DNA of 64,000 nt from Selaginella moellendorffii. Its lineage: Eukaryota; Plantae; Lycopodiophyta. Below the pieces are notes generated by a model that was not told where the DNA came from, did no database searches, and saw nothing but the letters and a program-made list of their open reading frames with translations. The stretch lies in assembly GCF_000143415.4 (NCBI RefSeq), contig NW_003314378.1, forward strand, positions 260,110 through 324,109, read 5' to 3'. Shown piece after piece: positions 50,342-61,949 of this stretch; position 1 is the first letter of the stretch, and every line of letters starts with the position of its first letter. Both the position numbers and the translations under genes were made by a program.

Positions 50342-52217
50342 AAGTTTCTCCAAAGGTTGCGAGGCTGACTTGACTAAGTTACATATATAAATAAATTATT
50401 TTTCCAAAGCTCTTACCTTTCGGAAACTTTCGTAAGCACAGCTAGATCGCTTTCCCGCCAATTTCCATTTTAAACACGGTCCTGGAGCGATTTGCCAGGA
50501 CATACGTCGATCCAATGCCCGAAACATATCGTAATGCGATCGGCAAGATGCCACCAAAACCCTACAAACCAGAGCATCCGGCACAAACGGCATGGCACCA
50601 GCAATTCCTCGGCATTCTCCAGTTGCCTGCCACGGCCGAAGATATCGATCATGCAGACGAAGTGATCACTGCCTGGCGCGATCCTAAAATCCCCTGTCAC
50701 GAGAAGAAAGAAATCCTTATTGCGATTCACGGAGCTGATGTAGGCGCAGGCCGGAGTGTCACCTTTCCCATTGCGCCCTTGCCTCAATGAGCAAACGCAG
50801 TGATCCCTTTATGCAGCATTGTAATGGGCTAAAGGTGACACTGTAGTGAAGTGAGGTCCATGATCTTACAATGTTCAAGGGAAAGACCAAAACTACACCT
50901 TGTCAACTCACCCAAGCCCTCTCTAAGGGGCTTTTGGCAAGATGACAAAGTATCTCCTTTAGCCTACTTTGAGAGGATTTCGGGATTTACCTGGACGTAT
51001 TTGAGTGTACTGCATATAATAATCAAGTGGCTGGACATGAGAAGGTTCTGTATGGCTCTATCAGGAGAGGCACAGAGAATGTTTGTTTCATGCTGTGCAC
51101 GAGATCAGATTGTTTGGTTGGATGAAGCAGTGGACTCGATTTCCAGGCTGTTGTGATGTTCAATTAAGATTGCATTATCGAGATTGGAATCACAAGAACA
51201 TGGAAAGAACTGGACGTGTCTCCCAGCGTGGTGCGTGTTTCGTCCGGGAATTAATCTTGTGATGTTTGCTCGAGGCGATGTAGCCTTGATTGTCACAGTA
51301 GATTGGTGTTGGGCCGGGTGTCGTTGAGGAGGCGGCGAAGCCAGATGGCCTCTTTGCATGCGGAACTAGCCTCCGCCTCACAGCTGGAGCAGGCAACGAC
51401 GCTCTTCTTCTTGCTGCTAACTGCATTGTGAAGGCTAAACAATTTAGCCAAAGCCAGCCCAGTAAGCTTGACTCGTGGCCTTAAGACCGCAAGAAAACGT
51501 ATCTCGGAAGTACGAAAAGACGCGTTTTAGTCAATGTTGAGGTCCAGGATTGTCAAGGGTTCTTGCACAAAGTGGAATTCGAATGGATTAGCGCACCTTC
51601 CATGGCGTCCATATCCCCTCTATAACTAGAAAAAAAACACACTCCAACAAGCGAACGAAGCATTTTCCTAGGCTATGGCATTGAACACAAGGCTTACAAG
51701 GTCTACAATCCTGTCTCCAAGGCGCTGATCATCTCACCAGACGTGCATCCAATGAGACTCCATCACGTCAAGTGGGAGAAAATCTGCCTTTGCCAGTGCT
51801 GCCCAATGCCCAATCCGAACGACCTGCGAATCTTCAAGACTCACTGCAGCCGCTCCTCTTTGCAGATCTTCTCGCCAGAACAAGGGCAAGCCACCACCAC
51901 GGCTGATTGCTCGCAGCTGTACACGACATCCCTGAAAGTCTTGTGGAGACTTTGAACTTCTGGGAATTCCAAGCGGCTCTCAAGTCTCTTGAAGTTGACA
52001 GGGAAAAATGGAAAGTTGCCTTTATCATTCCCCTCACCTTGGTGAGACAAGCGCCTCCTGGACGCATGCTGGGTGTGTGACTGTAATGGGAGGGAGCGGA
52101 GGTGCGGAAGAATGGGAAAAGAAGTGGAGGTGGAGGATTTGGAGAATTCACCGCCAGATGGAAAGAGCCTGACGTGTCTTCTTGCGTGACGTGTCAGCCA
52201 CGTGGCTGTCCGCCTCT

Positions 52218-52463
52218 TCAATCATGATGGTGGTTGTCCTCGGAAGGGCCGGAGGGTGGCGTGGGCTGACCCTGGATGAGCATTCTCCGGGAGGTCCTTT
52301 CGAGAAGAGTGTGGATCTTGTTAACAACAGGAAGGCGCAATTCGGAATTGAAAAGCTCGGCCTGCTGGCTCATCACCGAAAACGAGCCCGGCCTGGAACA
52401 TTTGATGTTGCCGCTGATCATGATCACCAATGCGATGGCAACAAGCATCCTTCCACGATCCAT
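52218..52463 (-). CDS. Secreted-peptide precursor U5 (C-terminus QPTPPSGPSEDNHHHD)
   Basis: Intact ORF. Confidence 0.68.
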   Translation of the reverse strand: MDRGRMLVAIALVIMISGNIKCSRPGSFSVMSQQAELFNSELRLPVVNKIHTLLERTSRRMLIQGQPTPPSGPSEDNHHHD

Positions 52464-52705
52464 TCCAGCCACAAAAGCACTAAACGTAGTGATGATATCG
52501 TTGTATAAGAACCAAGAGCTGTGCTTGCTCCGATACGATTGGATCCAATGGGCCTCCAGTGTTTTATATTCACAGAAAAAGTTCTTCACCGGGCTTGGTA
52601 AACAGTCAAGTCCTTTGCGCGTGCCAATGTCAAAACAAGACTCGTTAGCTTCCAAGCCAGAACACTCTACGAGCAGTTTTTCAAAGTCCTGCACAAAAGA
52701 CAGCT

Positions 52706-53239
52706 GCTGCCCTAGCAAATGGGCTGTCCAAACGCTCGGCCTGCGCCCCAGCTATATGCCTGTAAAGTGAGGAGAATATTAGCAATCTTGAGATTCTTCA
52801 ACAGCGAGAGTTCACCTTCAAGTTGACTTTGTCGGACCCAAGAGATTTTTTAAGAACTTTGATTATGTCGTCGTTGAAGAGATTGTCAAAAAGGCCATCA
52901 GTTCCCAAAACAATGATGTCCCCCTTGCAGACAGGGATCTTGAATTCCTGTAGACAGAAAATTAGCGAATTTAAGGGAAAAGCAAGAATACCTCTGCAAC
53001 CGTTGGATGGTCACCAAAAGTTCCAACTTGAAACAGAAAGTTAAAACTATGCTGCATGGGCTCCGAGCTTGCAACTACTTGCCAATTGCGAACTATGATG
53101 AACCCCGAGTCTCCCAAGCTTGCTGCATACAGTGTCTGAAACATATGACCCGACTCAGCCTCAAACATCAAATCCGACTAGCTTAGTTGCTCAAACAATG
53201 CAGCCACAAGAACCGTTGCTGATCCTTTGGCCTTTGTAC
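52706..53239 (-). pseudogene. PP2C copy U5, middle/3' fragment (5' fragment at 40476-40715)
   Basis: Homology to PP2C exons; bounded by Copia-2 and by a deletion that removed the fucosyltransferase. Confidence 0.82.
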
Positions 53240-56200
53240 TGTGGAGACAATTGATGACAAGTCTCCACATCAGCAAAAAAGACATGTCATTCATCCAAGA
53301 CACCAACCACCAAGAGTCACACCCATACTGTTATGTACATAACCATACCAAAGCAATGAAGTCGATAGAGCATTCTGCGTACACTGGCAAACACAGCAAC
53401 ACAACGAGCAGGACCACGCTAGGGCTCTTGTAGTCCTTGCTAGGGTGGAACGACAGATTCAAGAACGCAAGTGAGCACAACATGATGTCCATCCGTGCTT
53501 CTACCCTAATTGTCGCTCTATGTGCATGGCGTATGGGCGTCCCTTCCAGTGATTCCCACTGCCTCTTCCCCGCCCCTGCCCCCGCCCCCGCCCCCCCCCC
53601 CCCCCCCCTCGCTTCTAGCTTACTCTATTGTTTTGTCCTTTCTTCTAGAAACTAATGGCTACCAGTACTCCACCTCGCACTACATCTAGAACCACCCTAG
53701 CGAGCACCATGGCCATCCTGGCTGGCAACTAAGATGTAGGATGGGAGAAGCTACTCTAGAAGTTCACAGGCGAGAACTTCACAACTTGGAAGACCAAAGT
53801 CCAATTAATCCTAATGGCAAAAAATTGTTGAGATTTGGTGGAGGGAACCGAAGTGAGACCTCAAGATATAGAAGCAGCCTTGCAAGCTACTTAAGACTCT
53901 AAGAACGGCAAAGCCCTTTCCGTGATTGGACTAGGTCTTGGAGATGAATTTATTCATCTCCTTGATCTAGAAAAATCCGCCAAGGCCAATTGGGACTCCC
54001 TTTCCCAAGTCTTTGTAGCCAAAGCTGCTAATGCTAAATTGGTTCTGACCCAGAAATTTTTCTCCCTATGCATGCAGCCTGGTGAGATGATGGCAACATA
54101 CATTGGGAAGCTCAAGGGTTTAATGCAGCAGCTGAAGGAAGTAGGTGCTGCAGTTTCCGATGACTATGCAAAAGCCTTCTTGCTCTACTCTGTATCTTAA
54201 GAGTTGCAACAATTGTCCTCCATGCTTTCTTTTGTCCCAGGCAAAACCATGGAGGAGCTCTACTCTGATCTACTCAAGGAAGAGCACAAGATTGCTGAGC
54301 GTCAAGCTGGCCATCAAGGATCCCCTCAAGCTGCTCGCGAGCAGGCCTTGTTTCTTGGTAAGAAACAATCGAGTGGGGAGTAGAGGAAAGGAGGCACTAG
54401 CCGTGGGCCTCGTATCTCTTCTGCTACAACTCCCAGCTCTTGATTTAACTTCTCCAAGAAGAAAAAAGGTCCTTGCAACTATTGTGGAAAGATGGGGCAT
54501 GTCGAGTGTGAGTGTTGTGCAAAGAAGGCTGCCACCCAGCACATGCTTACCCAGAGCAACTTGTTGTTGATGATGGCTCTTTACCCGTCACCGGTGTCTG
54601 CTCTTGAGGTTCTATGGCTGGATAGTGGTGCCTCTTTTCACATGACTCCCTTAAGGTCTGCCTTTCACACTTACAAGGCTCTTCAAGCTCCACAACAGGT
54701 TTATGTCGGCGACAAGCGACCACTCTAGGTGGAAGGTCGTGGCATGGTGGTGATCAGGCTATCCACTGGACCTTTTAAGGAGGTTCATCACGTGCACTTT
54801 GTACCTGAAGCAGCACATACAGTTCTTTCTATAGGTGTAGCCTCAGATCAAGGCTTTACTACCACCTTCTTCCCAAAAGGGTGCACCATCTATGGTCGTG
54901 ATGGTACTTCTGTAGCTAGTGGCATGAGGTATGAAACACTCTACTGTTTAAATGCAGAATTGGTTTTTCCAACTCAAGTGCTTGCTTTCTGAGCACAAGA
55001 CACCATTGAGCTCTGGCATGCTCGTCTGGGGCATGTCAATGAACGAGATCTACATGCCTTGGCTCGTAACCAGCATGCTAAAGGCATCATGCTCCCAACT
55101 GGCCATCTAGGCGTGTGTGAAACTTGCTATCTTGGGAAGCAAGTTCACCTTCCTTTTCCATCAAGAACCATGGAGGACCAAGCTACAGGCTTATTGGATC
55201 TGGTTCACAATGACGTGTGCTACTTGCCATGGAAACACTCAGCCACAAGAGGTACTTTGTGTCTTTTATCAATGACCATTCCAGATATGCTGTGGTGAGC
55301 CTTCTCCATGCCAAGAGCGAAGTGTTCAACCACTTTAAGCTTTTTAAGAGCTGGGCAGAGACGTCTACTGGCCAAAAGATTCGTGTGTTACGCACAGATG
55401 GTGGTGGAGAGTACCTGAACAAAGAGTTTCTCAACTTTCTAGCTGAGGCTAGCATTGTTCACCAGTACACAACAGCCCATACTCCCCAACAGAACGGCAT
55501 GGCAGAGCACCTCAATCGCATGCTACTAGAGACTGTTTGTTGCCTTCTCCAACACACAAGCATACCCAACTCTTTTTGGGGTGAAGCCATTAACACGGTT
55601 GTTTATATCCGTAATCGCCTTCCCACAAGGAGCACTGGTGTGGTTCCTTATCAAGCTTGGACTGGGAAGTGTCCTCAGTTAGGGCACTTGAGGGTCTTTC
55701 GCTGCACAATGTATGCTTGCATTCCAGATGCGACTCGGCAGAAGCTGGATCCTAGGAGCCAGAAGACCATCTTCGTGGGCTATCATGCTCATTCCAAGGC
55801 CTATCACCTACCTCTATAATCTTGCTCTCAAGAAGCTCGTGGTCAGCCAAGATGTCTCTTTCAATGAGCAAGATCTTTATCGCCACATTCAAGGTACTAT
55901 TCCTTCAAGTTCTAACTTGGTGGACTTGACCCCAGTGCTGGAAGACGAGCTCACCCACCCACCAACACCAGCAATCCAAAGGCTACTCGTTCCAGAAGGA
56001 GGAACACCTCTTCCACTTGGTGATGAACCTTCTCCAGCAACTCTGCTGCTACCAGTTCCTCTAGTCACTTCGGTGGCTACTAGCAGCAACACTACTTCAT
56101 CCAATGAGCAGAATCTTGCTGCTACTGTGGACGAGTTGTTCATTGGTGAAGAAACAGTTGGAGGATCTTCCCGCTCACCTCCTCCAGATTCTCTCATGAC

Positions 56201-56780
56201 ACCACCACCTCGTCAAGAGATTGGAGCTATTACCTGTTTAGGACAAGTGAGCAAGCCAACGGTCAAAGCTCTAGAATCTCTTGCTCAAGCTCCATGCAAG
56301 AAGGGATTCTACTGGGCCATGAGCTCCATTGTTGAACCTCGTGGCTACCAAGTTGCTCTCTCCAATCCTGATGCCTCACAGTGGCAAGCAGCCATGCAGG
56401 ACGAGTATGACTCATTGATCAAGAATGGAATCTGGACATTGGTTCCCCTCCCTCCCGGCAGGAAGGCAGTCACAGCCAAATGGCTGTTCAAGAAGAAATA
56501 TCGAGCTGATGGCAGCATTGAGCGCTACAAGGCACACTTTGTAGCTCGTGGTTTCTCTCAGATCCAAGGAGTTGATTACTCTCAAACTTATAGCCTTGTT
56601 ATAAAGCTGACAACAATTTGTGTTTTGATGAGTCTTGCAGTTGAGCTCGACCTGGAGCTCCATCAACTTGATGTGAGAACTGCATTCCTGAATGGTGATC
56701 TTGAGGAGGAGGTGTATGTTGCCCAGCCTCCTGGATTTATACGTCCCGGACAAGAGCATCTAGTCTGCCGCTTGCACAAG
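53240..56780 (+). mobile_element. 5' part of Copia-2 (leader, gag, protease, integrase, RT N-terminal half), degenerate
   Basis: KFTGENFTTWK, a zinc-knuckle remnant, WLDSGASFHM, LRTDGGGEY, HQLDVRTAFLNG..VCRLHK. Many stops and frameshifts; no intact LTR or PBS recognised. Confidence 0.88.
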
Positions 56781-57160
56781 ACTAAGAGGTTCCCGTGCAC
56801 GAGGAAGAGCAGCTCGGATCCTCGGGGGTGGACGTGGGGGGGATTGGTGCCGCCATGAGCGTAGTCAATGCGGGCAAAAGCTACACCAAAGGTGTTGAGA
56901 CCGGGGAAATTGTTGACACTCGCCAGCGTGACGTTGGAGCTGAGCTTGTTGTCGGTGTTCCCGGGAGTCGCCAGCAGGCTCAACTTGAAGTCCTCGGCTT
57001 TCACATCGGCGGCCGCCTTGCAGACGACGCCGTTCACTTTGATCTTGGAGCCATTGTCTGCAACGCAAAAGTCCTGCAGCATATCTTCATCCGCGGCATG
57101 CACAAACAAGATGGAGCTGATTGCTAGGAGGAAGGATAGAACAAAACGAAGATGAGCCAT
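56781..57160 (-). pseudogene. 5' half of U6 germin-like gene at the right inversion breakpoint
   Basis: MAHLRF...HGNLLV, then runs into antisense Copia RT. Confidence 0.9.
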
Positions 57161-58346
57161 CTTGCGAGCTTGGAAAAGACTGATGGATTATAGCCGGAGG
57201 AGGGAAGGCGAGGTCCTTTGGATGACTTCGTCCTGAATCGTGCACGATTTTAGGTACACGGGCTTCTGTTCCCTTCTATTTCATTTCTTACTCTTGCTGT
57301 CTGCGTAACACAATCTGATATTTTTGCTGCCAAGTCGTCTCGGAAGTTCTCTTTTACCAGGCTTGTCTAGAGCCGTCAAAATCATCTTTTCTGTGTGTAG
57401 ATGACGACCTTGGTTTTGATGGTAGGAACTGGTCTCAGTGAAACTCGAGTTTTACACGGTCTTGCTAAAAGCTTGGCACCTTCTTGGCACCAGAGACTTT
57501 TTATGTGTGGAGTTTTAACGTGCTGATACAAATAAACCATGGGTATATCGACCAAAGGTACGTCTCTGTAGGTTATCAATTTTGCAGACAACTGTGTAGA
57601 AGGATAGTTGCTCACATAGTCATGAGACATACATAGTCATAGTCATTGTGATTATTGCTTGCATCATTGTCATGGGCAAAACCGAATGTTTATTGCTGTC
57701 ACTTTATTAATCAGTTTAATGGAATAAACTTATGATATTAAAAAGTTTTATAATTTGTCCCACCATGGCAATCTAGGAAAGCATCCAGTTGGGGTGGTGG
57801 GAGTGAACTGGGAAATACTCCTGTGCTGCTGTGTGAGCATGTCAATCAATCATTTAACCTCAGTATCAGTGGTCGTTGTGGGCAGTGCATTCTAAAGCTC
57901 TTTGGACTTGTTACGCAAAGTCCGGCACCCATGCTGGCATGACTCAGTCGTGACCACAATGAGTTCTGGTTTTGATAGGAGTGTTGTAAGCAGCATATGC
58001 ATCCTAGTCAGACATAAGGTGGTCAAGAACTTTTGGAATTCCCCACCATTACAGAAAAACAAGGGGAAAATATTAATAATTACTTTATTTAACTTTCACT
58101 CACCATTTTGTCAAAGAAAAACCTAAACAATGGTCAGTGTATAGTTTTATCTTAAGAGTAACATTCCATGAACTAGAGAGTAGAATTTAGTTGCTCAACC
58201 AAAGTCCCACCCATATCCATAACCCACGCCTTGTCCACCAGTGAAATCAACTCTCTGCGAGGAAAGAAAATAAGATCCAAGCACTAATCACGCAAGTTTA
58301 CCGCAGATCATGGCTCACAACGAGCAACGTCCTCTCCTTCCTTAAG

Positions 58347-59645
58347 TACGCGAGGTAAGAATGTAGCTTGGAAGTTTTGGTGAGGTGTTGCTGGTCTCTC
58401 TATCTCTTGAAGCGCCCGAAGAGACAACGCATGTTACTTTCGATGAATCGGCAGTTTCCCTCCCACAACCGGCCAAGGCACACAACTCGGCTTGCAAAAA
58501 TGGCGAAGAGGTTTGCAATTTTTTTTCCTTCTCTATATACTGAAGTCTCAAGCTTGCAGGGGTGCCAGAATGCTGAAACGGATTCTACCAGCTGGTGAGC
58601 TTGTTTATTTTCGCGTGGCTATTGGTGAAATTCATGATGTTCTTGCTTTTTAAGGTTTCTTCGACTCGACTATGCTGCCGCGATGCGTCCCCATCCTGAG
58701 AAGGTGCAAAGCTTACTTGCTAATTTTTGTAGAACTTCTAAGCTTTGCTGTTTACAGGCTCAAAGAGGGGGTGAAGATGCTTTCTTCACTGAAGGCTCCT
58801 GGATGGGTGTTGCTGATGGTGTTGGGGGCTGGGCCGGAGAAGGTAAGAAAAATCTTTCTTTGAGTCTGTTTTTCCAAGAGTTTTTACTGGTTTTCAGACA
58901 TTGATTAGGGGATGTATTCTCGGGAGCTTATGAGACATTGTCAGGCATTGGTTGTAAACAGCAAAGGGAAACCGGACCCCAAGGACGTGCTTGTCAAAGC
59001 CGCCGGCAGTACAAAGGCCCAGGGATCAGCAACGGCAGGGATCAGCAACGGTCCTTGTGGCTGCATTGTTTGAGCAAGTAAGCTAGTCGGATTTGATGGT
59101 TGAGGCTGAGTCTGGTCATATATTTCAGACACTGTACGCAGCAAACTTGGGAGACTCGGGGTTCATCATAGTTCGCAATTGGCAAGTAGTTGCAAGCTCG
59201 GAGCCCATGCAGCATAGTTTTAACTTTACGTTTCAAGTTGGAACGTTTGGTGACCATCCGACGGTTGCAGAGGTACTCTTGCTTTTCCCTTAAGTTCTCT
59301 AATTTTCCGTCTACAGGAATTCAAGATCCCTGTCTGCAAGGGGGAAACCATTGTTTTGGGAACTGATGGCCTTTTTGACAATCTCTTCAACAACGACATA
59401 ATCGAAGTTCTTAAAAAATCTCTTGGGTCCGACCAAGTCAACTTGAAGGTGAACTCTCGCTGTTGAAGAATCTCAAGATTGCTGAGATTCTCTTCACTTT
59501 ACAGGCAGCTGCAGCAGACCTTGTAGCTGGGGCGCAGGCCAAGCGTTTGGACAGCCCGTTTGCCAGGGCGGCTGCAAAGGCGAGAATGAATTGGAGTGGT
59601 GGAAAGCTAGATGATACCACGGCAGTTGTGGCGTTTGTGACGTGA
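58347..59645 (+). pseudogene. PP2C copy U7
   Basis: No exon 1, in-frame TAG (attgattag, ~58900), 16-bp duplication at 59020-59051. Confidence 0.83.
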
Positions 59646-60404
59646 TATTTGAGTCGCGAAGGGTAAACATTTCAAGCAGTTTTTGCAGGGGCCAGTGTAA
59701 ATTGCTCAGGCCGTTAATATTTGCGGTATTTCCGGTTCTTTCGCTAATTGTATGACATCCTTTTGATTTGATTCAAACCGCTCATTCTGTTTAGAGGGAA
59801 CTGCTCAAGGTCACTTGAGGTGTTAGACATGTAGTTTAGCTGGACGATCACGAGCAAGCTCAAGATACTCAAGCTCTCCGGCAACATGATCTCTGGCTCG
59901 TCCTTCTCGGGGGTACATCGAGCTGCTAGGCCTTTGGCACGATGGGATCTTTCGCGACTGCGTGGCTCTCCAGGAGCTCTTCAACAGTCTCACACCCTCG
60001 TCCAGCAGCAAACTCCAGAATGTCATGCTCGGAAGTGCTCGAACAACGTTTCAGAGGAGCTCGTGTGGGCTGTATCTTGTCTCTCAGCTTGGGCAGACTC
60101 TTTGAGTTTGCTCGGATCTCTCGGAGAACCGGTTGGAGGTTCTGAAGGACTAAGTGGTGGAAACCCTGCTCCGGTCGGATAGCAACAAAGAGCTCACGGA
60201 GAACAGCTTGAAGGACAGCTCCAGGCGAGCTCGTGTGGAGGATCCTTGGATACCGCTCTTGTCCCAGTACCGTGCGACTCCACCAGAAAGATGGTGAGGA
60301 AGGTGGCGACAAGCCAATTGGCTGGAGCCGTGACTTCCTTCTTTGTCTCGAGTATTTGGTCGCGTGTCCCGTCCACATGGTGAGCCACGGAATTGTTTCT
60401 TAGT

Positions 60405-61259
60405 GGTGGTGGTTGTTTCCCCGAGGTGCTGGTGGCCTATCTCGATTACAACTACAGGGACCAGGACAAGGCCTTCTTCTGCCAAGATCAACAGCAAGCT
60501 CTCAACTCCAGCGCGCGGTGGATCGTCCTCTCCTCCGGCCAGTACATCACTCCGGCGCTCTACAACGTCCCGGCTTTCAGGAGCAAGCTCGAGGAATGGT
60601 TCCCATAGCAGGAGGCCATCTTCCATCTCCTGGTGAGGTACCTGTTGCTTCCCAGTGACTTCGTGTGGGACAAGGCGGCCAGGTACTACGACGCGTACCT
60701 GGCCCAGGCCGAGCTTCTAGTCGGGGTCCAGCTGCAAAACCACATCTGGTTCTCGCCACCCAACCTCGCCGAGGATACATTCGACTGCCTGGTGCAACAA
60801 GGCGCGCTCGCAAACACCACCCAGGAGCGAGCTCCCAGATCGTCGGTGAGGAAGAACAGCAAGAAGGTGGCGGTGCTGGTGGTGTCGCTCAACTCTCAGT
60901 ACTCGGAGACGCTCAAGAGCAAGGTGCTGGGATACGATCTAGCGGACGGCTCCTCGGTGTCCATCCACCAGCCGAGCGTGGAGGGCGTGGAAAACACGAA
61001 GAACTTGGATCACGACGCACAGGCGGTGATGAAGATCTAGTTGCTGTCGATGAGCGATGTCCTGGTGACGAGCCCGCCATCCACGTTTGGCTACTCGGCG
61101 GCGGGGCTGGCGGGCGTGAGGCCCGTGCAGTTCGTGTGCGACCAGAACAAGAGCGTGGTTTGCTCGGTGAGGGAGACGATGGAGCCGTGCTACCACGTTT
61201 ATCCGGCTCAGTTCGCATTGAAAAGTGCGAATGCAGCGTGGGTTTCAGACTAGTCTATA
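60405..61259 (+). pseudogene. GT37 fucosyltransferase copy U7, 5' half deleted, nonsense codons
   Basis: Starts near FPEVLVAYLDY; stops at 60608 and 61040. Confidence 0.85.
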
Positions 61260-61706
61260 GAAAGTTCTTAAAGCTTTTAAAATTTTATTTTCTTTCTCGT
61301 GATAGATTTCTAAGTTGCTCCTTGGCTGCATGATGCAAATCTAGCGTCATTTGTAGATTTGCGTGGTCAGGTCATGCTCTTGGCCCACGCAAAGTTGCGC
61401 CAAGGCTGCCTTGAAATCCAGGTAATTTGGTACCAAGAGCTTATAGACTTCAAATGGCGAGCTGTCTTTTGGGCAGGACTTTGAAAAACTGCTCGTAGAG
61501 TGTTCTGGCTTGGAAGCTAACGAGTCTTGTTTTGACAGATGGCACGTGCAAAGGACTTGACTGTTTACCAAGCCCGGTGGAGAACTTTCTGTGTGAATGA
61601 ATATAAAGCACTGGAGGCCCATTGGATCCAATCGTAGCAGAGCAAGCACAGCTCTTGGTTCTTATACAACGATATCATCACTACGTTTAGTGCTTTTGTG
61701 GCTGGA

Positions 61707-61949
61707 ATGGATCGTGGAAGGATACTTCTTGCCATCACATTGGTGATCATGATCAGCGGCAACATCGATTGTTCCAGGCCAGGCTCGTTTTCGGTGATGA
61801 GCCAACAGGCCGAGCTTTTCAATTTCGAATTGCGCCTTCCTGTTGTTAACAAGATCCACACTCTTCTCGAAAGGACCTCCCGGAGAATGCTCACCCAGGA
61901 TCAGCCCACGCCAGCTCCCGGCCCTTCCGGGTGCTGCCACGATAAGTGA
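61707..61949 (+). CDS. Secreted-peptide precursor U7 (C-terminus QPTPAPGPSGCCHDK)
   Basis: Intact ORF. Confidence 0.68.
   Translation: MDRGRILLAITLVIMISGNIDCSRPGSFSVMSQQAELFNFELRLPVVNKIHTLLERTSRRMLTQDQPTPAPGPSGCCHDK

Noticed and set aside
56663-57160. GLP-Copia chimeric ORF (also 55713-56858 and 41398-41907) as new fusion genes
   Set aside because: By-products of the inversion breakpoints. The GLP half lacks box C, has replacements and a damaged promoter.
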